In this document: piece by piece, positions 22,725-32,914 of the stretch
How the letters are laid out: each line of letters begins with the position of its first letter
How positions within the stretch are numbered: position 1 is the stretch's first letter
Assembly (NCBI GenBank): GCA_963754875.1
Contig: CAVWHO010000010.1
Location: 160,001-224,000, forward strand
Source of the DNA: Nitrospirota bacterium
GTDB lineage: Bacteria > Nitrospirota > UBA9217
Length of the DNA stretch: 64,000 nucleotides
Direction: 5' to 3'
The notes under the pieces: generated by a model
What the model saw: only the letters and a program-made list of their open reading frames with translations
Databases searched by the model: none
Told to the model about the DNA's origin: nothing
Translations under genes and position numbers: made by a program

Positions 22725-23260
22725 TGCGTTGCCTTGATGTATAAAGGATAGGCGCGGTCTTTATCCGACAGGACCGGGTGAGGCAGGGGCCAGAAGATTC
22801 CGAATGCCGGATCATCCCACCTGACGCCGCATGCGTGTTCGGGAGAATAAAATTCGAACATCTCATAGAAGACCTCGGAACTGTCTTCAAGCGTCTGGAA
22901 ACCGTGCGCAAAACCTTCGGGAATGTACAGCATCCGATGGTTGTCTGCAGTCAGTTCGACAGACGTCCAAGAGCGGTAGGTAGCTGATTCCGGCCGTAGA
23001 TCGATGATGACGTCATAGATAGCGCCTCGCGTACAGCGCACGAGCTTTGCCTCCGCTCTGGGTGGAATCTGAAAGTGCATGCCGCGGATCGTGCCTTTTT
23101 TCCTGTTGAAAGAAACGTTGCACTGAACAATTGCCGTTTGCAATCCGTGGGAGCTGAATTCTTCCTGACAAAAACTACGCGCGAAGTATCCCCGTTCGTC
23201 AGCTCTCAACTCGAAATCAATCTGATATGCGCCTCGCAGTTTTGTTTCCGTGAAAATCAT
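22721..23260 (-). CDS. rfbC: NDP-4-keto-6-deoxyglucose 3,5-epimerase (RmlC/RfbC family)
   Basis: DERGYF, RGMHFQ, KLVRC, PEGFAHGFQTL. Confidence 0.93.
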   Translation of the reverse strand: MIFTETKLRGAYQIDFELRADERGYFARSFCQEEFSSHGLQTAIVQCNVSFNRKKGTIRGMHFQIPPRAEAKLVRCTRGAIYDVIIDLRPESATYRSWTSVELTADNHRMLYIPEGFAHGFQTLEDSSEVFYEMFEFYSPEHACGVRWDDPAFGIFWPLPHPVLSDKDRAYPLYIKATQ

Positions 23261-24480
23261 CACACAATCCTGACATCCGGGATTGGAAGAATGAACTTCC
23301 CCCCTTTGCTCCGGTAAGTCTTTTGCTGTTCCAGAATCTCGTCAGCAAAGTTCCATGCCAACAACAAAACATAATCCGGCATGTCCTGCACGAGTTTGTC
23401 CGGATGAAATATGCGTAAATGTGCACCTGGCGTATAGAGATTTTGCTTGTACGGGCTTTTGTCTACCGTGTATTCAACAAGATCTGTAGTGATGCCGCAG
23501 TAGTTTAAAAGCGTATTGCCTTTTGCCGGGGCGCCGTAGGCCGCTATCCGCTTGTTGGACTTCTTCATATCTTGTAGTAACGTGAGAAGGCGCGTTTTTA
23601 TTCCGGTTGTCCGTTCCGCGAACGCTACATAAGTCTCTTTTTTGTCGAGTTTTTTATCGAGTTCGGCTTTCACGAGCTCGGTGACAGTCTCTGTCTTCTT
23701 ATGAGCCCCTTTATGCCCGATGAAATAGATGATTGAACCGCCGTGGATCGCCACGCGCTCGGCATCAAAGACTTCCATGTTGTAGAGCTTGAACAAATAG
23801 GACATTGCGCGGACCGACAGGTAGGAGTAATGCTCGTGGTATACCGTGTCGAATTCGTTCTTTTCAACAAAGTCGATGAGATAGGGGGCTTCGATGGCGA
23901 CTGTGCCATGCGGGGCAAGCAGATTCTTCAACCCTTTGACAAAACCGTGAATCTCCGGCACATGGGCAAACACATGCCTTCCGAGTATGACGTCTGCTGC
24001 CCCGTATTGTTTTTTAACATTCTCCGCTGTGGTTTCATTAAAAAAATCATTGACTGTCTCGATGCCTGCCTCTGTCGCGACTTTGGCGATGTTCGAAGCA
24101 GGCTCGATGCCGAGCGTCTTGACGCCGGTCTTCTTAAAGTACTGCAATACCGTGCCGTCATTGCTTGCAATTTCGACGACCTGCAACCCTTGGGCGAGGC
24201 CGAAGCGTTTTTGAAAACTCTTTGCCAGATAGTCCGCATGTCTGTGAACGAGATCCGATGTAGCGGAAAAATAGATGTAGTTTTTGAAAAGGGCGTCAGG
24301 TGGGACATCATACCCGATCTGTACAAGGCCGCATTGCTCGCAAAAATAAACATCAAGAGGATACTTCGGCTCCTGTACCGAAGCGAGTTCCTCCTTGTTC
24401 AAAAAACTATTGGCGAGCGCCATCGTGCCGAGTTCCAGAAACTTGAAAATATTATCTTTGCTGCAGAATCTGCAATTCAT
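23260..24480 (-). CDS. NDP-hexose C-methyltransferase (Zn-binding, SAM-dependent)
   Basis: CRFC...[40 protein letters not shown]. Confidence 0.88.
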   Translation of the reverse strand: MNCRFCSKDNIFKFLELGTMALANSFLNKEELASVQEPKYPLDVYFCEQCGLVQIGYDVPPDALFKNYIYFSATSDLVHRHADYLAKSFQKRFGLAQGLQVVEIASNDGTVLQYFKKTGVKTLGIEPASNIAKVATEAGIETVNDFFNETTAENVKKQYGAADVILGRHVFAHVPEIHGFVKGLKNLLAPHGTVAIEAPYLIDFVEKNEFDTVYHEHYSYLSVRAMSYLFKLYNMEVFDAERVAIHGGSIIYFIGHKGAHKKTETVTELVKAELDKKLDKKETYVAFAERTTGIKTRLLTLLQDMKKSNKRIAAYGAPAKGNTLLNYCGITTDLVEYTVDKSPYKQNLYTPGAHLRIFHPDKLVQDMPDYVLLLAWNFADEILEQQKTYRSKGGKFILPIPDVRIV

Positions 24481-24571
24481 GAACGACTCCTGGAGAAGAA
24501 AATAGTTCGTTGAAACGTGGAATGGTTGAAGAGTTAAACGGTTTTGTTCAACATTTCATCGCATCATCTAT

Positions 24572-25666
24572 TCAATGCGCACTATTCGCGTACTCCTCAA
24601 TCTGCCGGAAGCACGCCTCCCGTACGTCCTGCTTGTCCATGTACGCCTTTGTCCATTCAATGATGCTGTAGATTGCATTTTCCAGATCCCAGCGCGGGTG
24701 CCAGCCGAGCTCGGTCTTGGCCTTTGAACAGTCCAATTTCAAATAAGACGCTTCATGGGGGTGCGTTCCTTTATCAAGCAAGTAAGATGCGCCGTTGCCC
24801 CACTTTACGCAAAGACGGTCTACCAACCAGGCTACGGGTTTCGCGTCACTGTCATCGGGACCGAAGTTCCAGCCGCCGCTGAAGCAGGGGCCCTCACTAA
24901 CAAGTTTCTGTGCAAGCATCAGGTAACCTGAAAGCGGCTCGAGTACATGCTGCCACGGTCTGATTGCCTGAGGGTTTCGAATTACGATTTTTTCCTTTAT
25001 CAAAATCGCCCTGATGAAGTCGGGGATCAGCCTGTCCGCTGCCCAGTCTCCGCCGCCGATGACATTGCCGGCCCTGGCTGATGCGATTGCCACGCCATGC
25101 GTTGCATAATCCTTCTCGTTGAAGTAGGAACTCCGAAAGGCCGCTGTCACGAGTTCGGAGCAGGCCTTGCTGTTCGAATAGGGATCATATCCGCCCATTG
25201 GTTCATTCTCACGGTAACCCCATACCCACTCCTTGTTTTCGTAGCACTTGTCGGTCGTAACATTGATGACAGATTTCACGCTCTTCGTGGCGCGAACGGC
25301 CTCGAACAGATTGACCGTGCCCATGACGTTGATAGCGTAGGTTTCCACCGGGATTTTGTAGGAATCCCGCACGAGGGGCTGTGCAGCCATGTGGATCACG
25401 ACTTCGGGCTCTGCAGCCTGCATCGCTTTGGTCAGCAGAGCCCCATCCCGTATATCGGCAATCGTTGTATGCACGAACTTGTCTATCCTGCAGAGTTCAA
25501 AAAGACTGGGATTGGTGGGCGGTTTTAAGGCGTAGCCCGTGACGTTTGCGTCGAGACGGTGAAGCCAGAGGCAAAGCCATGATCCTTTGAAGCCGGTATG
25601 GCCGGTGATGAAGATCTTTTTGCCCTTCCAGAAATTCGCATCGACCGTGTTACGTTCCGCCCGCAT
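24572..25666 (-). CDS. rfbG: CDP-glucose 4,6-dehydratase
   Basis: ITGHTGFKGSWL, AAQPLVR, DKCYEN, RAGNVIGGGDW, RPWQHVLEP. Confidence 0.95.
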   Translation of the reverse strand: MRAERNTVDANFWKGKKIFITGHTGFKGSWLCLWLHRLDANVTGYALKPPTNPSLFELCRIDKFVHTTIADIRDGALLTKAMQAAEPEVVIHMAAQPLVRDSYKIPVETYAINVMGTVNLFEAVRATKSVKSVINVTTDKCYENKEWVWGYRENEPMGGYDPYSNSKACSELVTAAFRSSYFNEKDYATHGVAIASARAGNVIGGGDWAADRLIPDFIRAILIKEKIVIRNPQAIRPWQHVLEPLSGYLMLAQKLVSEGPCFSGGWNFGPDDSDAKPVAWLVDRLCVKWGNGASYLLDKGTHPHEASYLKLDCSKAKTELGWHPRWDLENAIYSIIEWTKAYMDKQDVREACFRQIEEYANSAH

Positions 25667-26439
25667 CAGCTCCACACCTTCCACGGAGCGTTGCCGCTGT
25701 TCCAAAGCTCCTCGATATGAATCTTGTCACGCAAGGTATCCATAGGCTGCCAAAAGCCAAAGTGCTTATAAGCGACGAGCTCGTGGTCACGGGCGAGTCC
25801 TTCCAGCGGTTCTTTTTCGAAAACCGTTGTATCTCCAGTAATCCGGTCGAGCATCTTCGGCTCAAGTACAAAAAAACCGCCATTGATCCAGGAACCATCG
25901 CCTACAGGTTTTTCCTGGAAGGAATTTACTTGCAAAGAGGAATCGAGGCTCAGAGCGCCGAACCGTCCTGATGGCTGAGTCGCGGTGACAGTGGCTATTT
26001 TCTTGTGCTTTTTATGGTAAGCGAGGAGTTCGGTTATGTTCACATCCGAAACGCCGTCGCCGTAGGTCAGCATGAATGTGTCGTTGCCGATGTAAGAGGC
26101 AACGCGTTTCAATCGGCCGCCGGTCATCGTGTCCGTGCCCGTATCCACGAGGGTGACCTTCCATGGTTCAACGTTTTGCTGATGGACTTCCATGGAGTTA
26201 CTCCGCATATCGAACGTCACATCGCTCATATGAAGAAAATAGTTCGAAAAATACTCCTTGATCATATAACCCTTGAACCCGAGACAGATAATGAATTCAT
26301 GGAAGCCGTAGTGGGAGTAGATTTTCATGATGTGCCACAGAATCGGCTTCCCACCGATTTCGACCATCGGCTTCGGTCGCACAGTGGTTTCTTCGCTCAA
26401 CCTCGTGCCCAATCCGCCTGCAAGAATAACGACTTTCAT
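25666..26439 (-). CDS. rfbF: Glucose-1-phosphate cytidylyltransferase
   Basis: [38 protein letters not shown]. Confidence 0.95.
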   Translation of the reverse strand: MKVVILAGGLGTRLSEETTVRPKPMVEIGGKPILWHIMKIYSHYGFHEFIICLGFKGYMIKEYFSNYFLHMSDVTFDMRSNSMEVHQQNVEPWKVTLVDTGTDTMTGGRLKRVASYIGNDTFMLTYGDGVSDVNITELLAYHKKHKKIATVTATQPSGRFGALSLDSSLQVNSFQEKPVGDGSWINGGFFVLEPKMLDRITGDTTVFEKEPLEGLARDHELVAYKHFGFWQPMDTLRDKIHIEELWNSGNAPWKVWS

Positions 26440-26868
26440 GTCCGCTGTACCCCTTCCTGAAGAGCGAAAAATCTGATGAGATGTTCAGATGATATAGAAG
26501 GTTGTATGTTGGTAAAGTCTTTTTACTCCTCATCCAATCATCTGACCATCCAACCTTCTGCGTTAAAAAATCGTCCTGATCATTTTTTTGTCCACTCCGT
26601 GGTGATGAGAACCGGCAGATTCTATCTTTTGAAAGAAGGACACAACGATGATGCAGTCATATGTACTGTCCTCTAAAAATCCAGCGGTATTTTATTGAAA
26701 AAACGCCATTTTACTTCAGGTCGACGACACCTGCAGGCTTTAAATTGGCCTCCTCCATACCTGACATTCTTATTTGACTGATGTCTGCTTCGTGTACAAC
26801 TTTCTGCAGACATTGAGGAACCCCATCGAACACATTCTATAAAACCCGCTCTTTACAATTATTATTTA

Positions 26869-27819
26869 TTATTTTCTGACCGATGGATTTTTAAGAAAAT
26901 CTTCATAGGTTTTCACGAGCCCTTCTTCCAACGAAGTTTTGTGCCTCCATCCAAGTTTGTGGAGACGGGAAACGTCCAGTAGCTTGCGCGGCGTCCCATC
27001 GGGTTTGGTTGGATCAAAGACAATGTCCCCATTGAAGCCTACAGTTATCTTGACCAACTCCGCTAGTTCCCGGATTGTGCAGTCTTCTCCTGTACCGATA
27101 TTTAACAACTCCCCGATATCCTGAGCTGAAAAATTTCCCATGAGAAATATGCATGCTTCAGCCATATCATCAGCATACATGAACTCGCGACGGGGCGTTC
27201 CCGTACCCCATACGGTCACGGAAGTTTGCTCCTTGATTTTTGCTTCATGAAAACGCCTCAATAGCATCGGGATGACATGCGCATTTTCAGTATGATAGTT
27301 GTCATTGGGACCATACAAATTCGTGGGCATCACGGAGATGAAGTTCGTTCCATATTGTTTGTTAAGAGCGCTGCATAGTTTTATACCGGCGATTTTTGCT
27401 ATGGCGTAGGATTCATTTGTCGGTTCGAGCGCAGAGGTTAGCAGATATTCTTCTTTAATGGGCTGGGGCGACATTTTGGGGTAGATACAGCTGGAGCCAA
27501 GAAAAAGAAGCCTCTGGACCCCGTAGCGCCAGGCGGCCTCGATGATGTTATTCTGGATTTTTAGATTGTCCAGGAGGAAGTCCGCAGGGTAAGTGCTGTT
27601 CGCATGGATGCCACCGACCTTCGCTGCCGCCATATAAACCTCATCGGGCCGCTCAGACCGAAAAAAATCATCAACAGCGGCCGGGTTGAGCAGATCCAGT
27701 TCCGCACGGGTCCGGACGATGATGTGCCGATAGCCACCACTGGTTAAACGGCGACAAAGGGCACTGCCAACGAGTCCCTTATGTCCTGCGACAAATACTT
27801 TGTGCTGTGTAAAATCCAT
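26869..27819 (-). CDS. fcl: GDP-L-fucose synthase
   Basis: [38 protein letters not shown]. Confidence 0.95.
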   Translation of the reverse strand: MDFTQHKVFVAGHKGLVGSALCRRLTSGGYRHIIVRTRAELDLLNPAAVDDFFRSERPDEVYMAAAKVGGIHANSTYPADFLLDNLKIQNNIIEAAWRYGVQRLLFLGSSCIYPKMSPQPIKEEYLLTSALEPTNESYAIAKIAGIKLCSALNKQYGTNFISVMPTNLYGPNDNYHTENAHVIPMLLRRFHEAKIKEQTSVTVWGTGTPRREFMYADDMAEACIFLMGNFSAQDIGELLNIGTGEDCTIRELAELVKITVGFNGDIVFDPTKPDGTPRKLLDVSRLHKLGWRHKTSLEEGLVKTYEDFLKNPSVRK

Positions 27820-27883
27820 TATAGGCCGAGATAAAAAATAAATGTATTTCTATTAATACTTTCTGAAACAGCTTTTTTATACA

Positions 27884-28510
27884 TCATGGCAAATCCGATT
27901 TTTCAGTAAAAATAAACTGAATGTCATTCTTGCTGACTGCAGAATTTCTTAATGCTAGTTCAATGCTTTCACGCTTCAAATAGGAAGTCACGACGACGGT
28001 ATCATAGTTTAGATTCGTGATAGAGCGTATCGGACTGACGCTTCTGCCAAAAAATATCGTTCCATCGTTTTCATCGTCCACGACGCCGACAAGCTTCAAA
28101 TCGGTTTCCTGCAGAGTAATGTAGGCAATTTCCGCCACTTCGTCAACGCCCGCAAAAACGAGCCTGTATGAGCCCCTGTTCGCCAGCTCGGAGAATACCT
28201 TTTTCAGGTTATTCCTCGCTTCCCGGTATATGCGCGTATAATCCTGAAGCAGGTCGTACGTGAGACGCGACTTTTCTGCAAGGCCTTTCGGCGTTAGATA
28301 GTAAGCATATCGTTTAGGGGGAATCGAAGTGACAGTTATATAACCTTTCGCAACGAGATTCTTGATATAAGAATTGACGAGTCCTAAAGCGAAACCAAGG
28401 CGTTTGCTCAAGTCGCGTTGCGTGAGGGAGTCGTTGCCTGAAAGCTCGTCGAGGATCTGAAGAGCTCTGAACTGGTCAGCCCCAGAGTGAGAAGAACTAT
28501 TGATGTTCAC
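27884..28510 (-). CDS. EPS-associated MarR-family winged-helix regulator with C-terminal Rossmann-like domain
   Basis: TQRDLSKRLGFALGLVNSYIK...YYLTPKGLAEK. Confidence 0.85.
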   Translation of the reverse strand: MNINSSSHSGADQFRALQILDELSGNDSLTQRDLSKRLGFALGLVNSYIKNLVAKGYITVTSIPPKRYAYYLTPKGLAEKSRLTYDLLQDYTRIYREARNNLKKVFSELANRGSYRLVFAGVDEVAEIAYITLQETDLKLVGVVDDENDGTIFFGRSVSPIRSITNLNYDTVVVTSYLKRESIELALRNSAVSKNDIQFIFTEKSDLP

Positions 28511-28545
28511 GGAATGAACATAGCACGAGGCAATGTCTATGTCAA
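28503..28545 (-). promoter_or_regulatory. sigma70 promoter and overlapping palindromic operator of the MarR gene
   Basis: Minus strand TTGACA-17-TATGTT with TG extension, GTG start 6 nt later; inverted repeat ATGTTCA-N5-TGAACAT at 28503-28521. Confidence 0.7.
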
Positions 28546-28696
28546 GAATTAGTTACAGGTTATTCTACAATCCCTGTTGCGAAATTGCATTGAACCCATT
28601 GTAGGGGCGATTAAAAACTTTACACGCTCCGGTGGCAATGCTATTATCTACATCGAATCCTATTGAAGAGAATTTCTAGCGTGAGAGGAGTGTCTG

Positions 28697-29648
28697 ATGG
28701 GGCCGAAGATTTGTCTTGCGCTTGGTGGAGGGGCCGCACGAGGGCTTGCTCATCTCGGTGTACTTAAGGTTTTCGAAGACGCCAGGGTCCCAATCGATAT
28801 GATTGCCGGTACAAGCCTGGGTGCTTTGATCGGTGGAATGTACGCTTCCAACCCCGACGCCTCCTACTGGATTAGAAGTGTGGACCAATACCTGCGTAGC
28901 TTCCGCTCACGAAGAACCCGTCTTGAGTTTCTTCAGAAACTTGAATCGCCGAATAACAACCACCGGGGATTTTTCAGTGACATGGCATTTCTGCTCAGAA
29001 AAGGTTATTTTTGGGGTGTCACTGCCACGAACGCCGCTTTTATCGGCGAGAAAGAATATCAAGACCTGATCTATCCCCTGATTCCCGATATATCCTTCGA
29101 AGATACCAAAATCCCTTTCAGCTGCGTGGCCACGGACCTCCGAAACGGTAAACGGGTCATGTATACTACCGGACGGCTCCGCACGGCAATCAGCGCCAGT
29201 TGCGCGCTGCCCGGCATCTTTCCCCCTGTCAGAGATAACGGCATGTCCCTCGTAGACGGGGGATGGGTGGAGCGCGTGCCCGTATTGTGCGCGAAGGACA
29301 TGGGTGCTGATATCGTGATCGCGGTCGACGTCTCAAGCGATGTTGCGACCTTTGAGGACAAATCCGGCCTCGATATCGTGCTCCGCGCCGATGCGGTGAC
29401 CAGGATCTACCTGAACGAGATACTCGCCCGCCAAGCTGATTTGGTTATCCATCCGGCAGTGGGGACGACGCATTGGGCTGACTTCAGCAATCCTAAAGAC
29501 CTGATCACTGCAGGGGAGAATGCAGCGCTCGAAAAACTGATCACCAGTCCGCACTCTCATCCATCGGGCCGCCTTGCCTCCGAAAAAACTTTCCGTCCAG
29601 CTCCGGTCGATCAAGGACAAGATCATCGAAAAAGTAACCGGGTACTAA
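28697..29648 (+). CDS. Patatin-like phospholipase (RssA family); likely frameshift near 29545
   Basis: LGGGAARG, GTSLG nucleophile, DGG. Confidence 0.9.
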
Positions 29649-29831
29649 GTCGTAGAAACATTCCGGCAAATGTTTTCTTCTTCACCAAACACGGCGTGTA
29701 ACGTGTAATCCCATTTTCCCACTTCTGTTGAACCTGTCGATGCACGATCCGCAGGAATCTCTGCAAATATTTTGACGTCGTCAACGGTTATTTCGCGGAC
29801 AGTGCTGAATATTTTCGCTATAATATCTATC

Positions 29832-30544
29832 ATGAGCATGCCACTCGTGATCGCCCATCGCGGAGACGCTTCGGAATCCCTCGAAAATTCACTTGAAGTC
29901 CGTTCATCGTGCACTTTCTTATCCCGTTGACATGATCGAGCTTGACCTACGCAAGAGTCGTGATGATGTGCTCTACGTGATGCACGACAAGATGACCGGA
30001 CGGACTGCTGAAAAGAACATCAATATCGAGCACTCGACGTCCGACGTGATAAGCAAACTGAAGCTGATAAACGGCGAACCGATCCCGACGCTCGGGGACG
30101 TGATAAAGACCGTCGCCGGATCGACAGGGCTCAACTTTGAGATAAAGAGCGACGGCGCAGGAGTATTGCTGGCCCGGTATTTTGCATCATCAGATTACCC
30201 CGGCTATGTTCTTTTATCGTCGTTCAAAGAAAGTGAAGTCCGTGCGGTGCGGCATATCGTTCCTGCAATGCCGACATCAGTGATCTATGATGTATTTTCG
30301 GTCGATGAGGTAACGAATTACAAAAAACGAGGATATGGATATTATCAGCCTGCGGAAAAATACCGTGAGTGAAAAACTGCTCAGGGCTTGTCATGAACAG
30401 GGGATAGACGTGTATGTCTGGACCGTGGATGAAGAGGATGAAATGCGGAAGTTTATCTCCTGGGGAGTAGACGGTATATATTCAAACAGGCCTGGAGTGC
30501 TGAAGACGCTGCTTATGAGGCTCGAAACAGCGTCTGAAGGTTAG
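29832..30544 (+). CDS. glpQ: Glycerophosphodiester phosphodiesterase (frameshifts near 29893 and 30345)
   Basis: VIAHRG..., ENS, IELD, HD, EIK, VWTVD, GVDGIYSN. Confidence 0.85.
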
Positions 30545-30640
30545 GCCTCGCAATAAGCCGCGTAGGGTATAGCACCGGCCCCATTGAGGAATCTCCACAC
30601 AGGTCGTCGGGAATCAGACGACGCAACCCCATTAGCCATT

Positions 30641-32236
30641 ATGCAAGAGAATGATCAGGTCTTCGACATTATCATTATTGGCGGCGGCATCACCGGCGCA
30701 GGCGTTGCGCGTGATGCAGCGTTGCGCGGTCTCACGTGCCTGCTGCTCGAAAAAGGGGATTTTGCGTCGGGGGTAACGTCGAAATCGACCCGCTTGATCC
30801 ACGGTGGGCTTCGCTACCTCGCCAATTTCGAGATAGACCTGGTCGCGGAGTCGCTTCGAGAACGGGCCATCCTCCGCAGACAGGCGCCTTACCTCATTCA
30901 CCCCATCCCGATTTTAATTCCCATCTACAAGGAAGATCCGCATGGAAGAGCAGTGATTTCCATGGGGATCCACCTTTACGATCTGCTTTCACATGACAAA
31001 GATATCCCCCGTTATTTTACCTCCAACAGAGAAAAAACACTCCGATTCGAGCCGCGCCTGAACCAGGAAGGTCTTGCGGGCAGCGCCTTGTTTTACGACC
31101 ACCAGATCCTGATGCCCGAACGGCTTGTGCTCGAGAATGTGACTTCTGCGAGAATGGCCGGGGCTAAACTTTTGAATTACATCAAGGCCGAGAAGATCGA
31201 AGAAGCGAATGACAGCATTGTCGTGACTGCCAGGGGCACGCTTTCGGGAACGAAACATATCTATCGTTCAAAAGTCCTGATCAACGCTGCAGGGCCCTGG
31301 ATCGATGCCGTAAGGCAGGCGGGAAAAATCGATCAGCGAAAGATCATCTACCCAACGAAAGGCATCCATATCGTGATGCCAAAACTCAGTGATCAGGCGC
31401 TGTTCGTGACTTCACGAGACGAACGGATGTTCTTCATTATTCCCTTCGGTGGATATTCCCTCATCGGAACAACGGACACCAAATACGACGGGGACCTGGA
31501 TGAGGTCCACGCAGACGGGAAGGACATTGATTATCTGCTCACCGAAAGCAAACGCATATTGCCTCGCCTGAATATCACGCGCGAAGCGATCCTGTATACC
31601 TATGCGGGCATCAGGCCTCTGGCGTTTTCAGGCACGAGCGAATCAAAAATATCCCGGAAGCACAGGATCATCAAAGAAGGCAGGTCCGGAAGAATCATTA
31701 CCATCGCCGGCGGGAAACTTACGACCTACCGCAATATGGCGAAGGATGTAGTCGATGCAGCATGCAATGCCCTCGGTATTAGGGCGGAATGTACTACCGA
31801 CCGAAAACCTCTGGCAGGCAGCTTGCCTTTAGATCATGATCTCTATTTGAAAGAAGCGGTGCCGGAGTTGTCATCCCGCTTTGACGTTTCGCATGAACTG
31901 GTACATCATCTGATCAGTCTCTACGGTTCGAGGACAGAGCGGGTGCTCGAACTCGTGAAAACCAATACGGTTTTGGGAGAAACGATATCCCGGGAAAGCC
32001 CCGACATTTATGCACAGGTCACTTTCAGTGTCAGAGAAGAGGAAGCGAAAACGCTTACCGACATCGTCCTTCGCAGGATGCATATCGGTTTGACAGCCTC
32101 CCGTGGCGCTAATGAGGCGGAGAAGATCGCAGGGATAGCGGGCGCGGAACTCGGATGGAATGAGGATGAAAAACATCACAACGTAGCGGATTTTATCAAA
32201 GCACTTGCCAGAGAAACAGCATGTCTCATTTCATGA
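30641..32236 (+). CDS. glpD: FAD-dependent glycerol-3-phosphate dehydrogenase
   Basis: IIGGGITG, SKSTRLIHGGLRYL, NAAGPW, GGKLTTYR. Confidence 0.93.
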   Translation: MQENDQVFDIIIIGGGITGAGVARDAALRGLTCLLLEKGDFASGVTSKSTRLIHGGLRYLANFEIDLVAESLRERAILRRQAPYLIHPIPILIPIYKEDPHGRAVISMGIHLYDLLSHDKDIPRYFTSNREKTLRFEPRLNQEGLAGSALFYDHQILMPERLVLENVTSARMAGAKLLNYIKAEKIEEANDSIVVTARGTLSGTKHIYRSKVLINAAGPWIDAVRQAGKIDQRKIIYPTKGIHIVMPKLSDQALFVTSRDERMFFIIPFGGYSLIGTTDTKYDGDLDEVHADGKDIDYLLTESKRILPRLNITREAILYTYAGIRPLAFSGTSESKISRKHRIIKEGRSGRIITIAGGKLTTYRNMAKDVVDAACNALGIRAECTTDRKPLAGSLPLDHDLYLKEAVPELSSRFDVSHELVHHLISLYGSRTERVLELVKTNTVLGETISRESPDIYAQVTFSVREEEAKTLTDIVLRRMHIGLTASRGANEAEKIAGIAGAELGWNEDEKHHNVADFIKALARETACLIS

Positions 32237-32294
32237 CCCGGTAACCTTACGGGCAAGAATACATGATCCGCTTTAATTGCAATAAGGAGGACGT

Positions 32295-32774
32295 ATGGTA
32301 AACTGGGCGCATGTGCATCTTATGATCAATCACTTTCCGGTTGTCGGCGTTCTCGGGGCTATTCTTTTGTTTCTCTACGCTCTTGTCAGAAAGAGCGGGG
32401 AAATGACAAAGGTGAGTCTCGGCATCTTTGTGCTGATAGCGCTGATTACCATTCCCGTGTTTTTTACCGGCGAAGCCGCGGAGAACATTGTGAAGAAGCT
32501 TCCTGGCGTTACGGAGACCTATATCGGACGACATGAAGAATTTGCTGAGTATGCAATCACGGTGATTGAAATTCTCGGTGCGGTAAGTCTTTTAGGCCTT
32601 TATTTTATTTTCAGGTCGGGTGCTGTTCCGAAATGGCTGCTCTCGATCGTTCTGCTGTTGTCACTGCTTGCCGCCACCGTCGTCGGGTTTACGGCAAACC
32701 TCGGCGGACAGATCCGGCACACGGAAATACGGGAAGGGGCCGGTTACGCGCCTGACTTGCCGCCTGGCAAGTGA
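32295..32774 (+). CDS. Membrane protein (DUF2231-like)
   Basis: HLMINHFP, TGE.AE, GGQIRHTEIR; four TM. Confidence 0.65.
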   Translation: MVNWAHVHLMINHFPVVGVLGAILLFLYALVRKSGEMTKVSLGIFVLIALITIPVFFTGEAAENIVKKLPGVTETYIGRHEEFAEYAITVIEILGAVSLLGLYFIFRSGAVPKWLLSIVLLLSLLAATVVGFTANLGGQIRHTEIREGAGYAPDLPPGK

Positions 32775-32863
32775 CTCTGAGTAGGGAAAAGAATTGCTGC
32801 AGGTTCAGGCTAAAACCAATCGAAGATTATGATCTCAGATCGGCAGGGCGGGAAAATACTGAA

Positions 32864-32902
32864 GTCAGAGGACAGAAAATCATTCCCAGTCTGTCCTCTG
32901 AC
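32864..32902. repeat. Perfect 13 bp inverted repeat built from heptamers, between convergent genes
   Basis: GTCAGAGGACAGA ... TCTGTCCTCTGAC. Confidence 0.75.
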
Positions 32903-32914
32903 CCAAAAGCAGCG

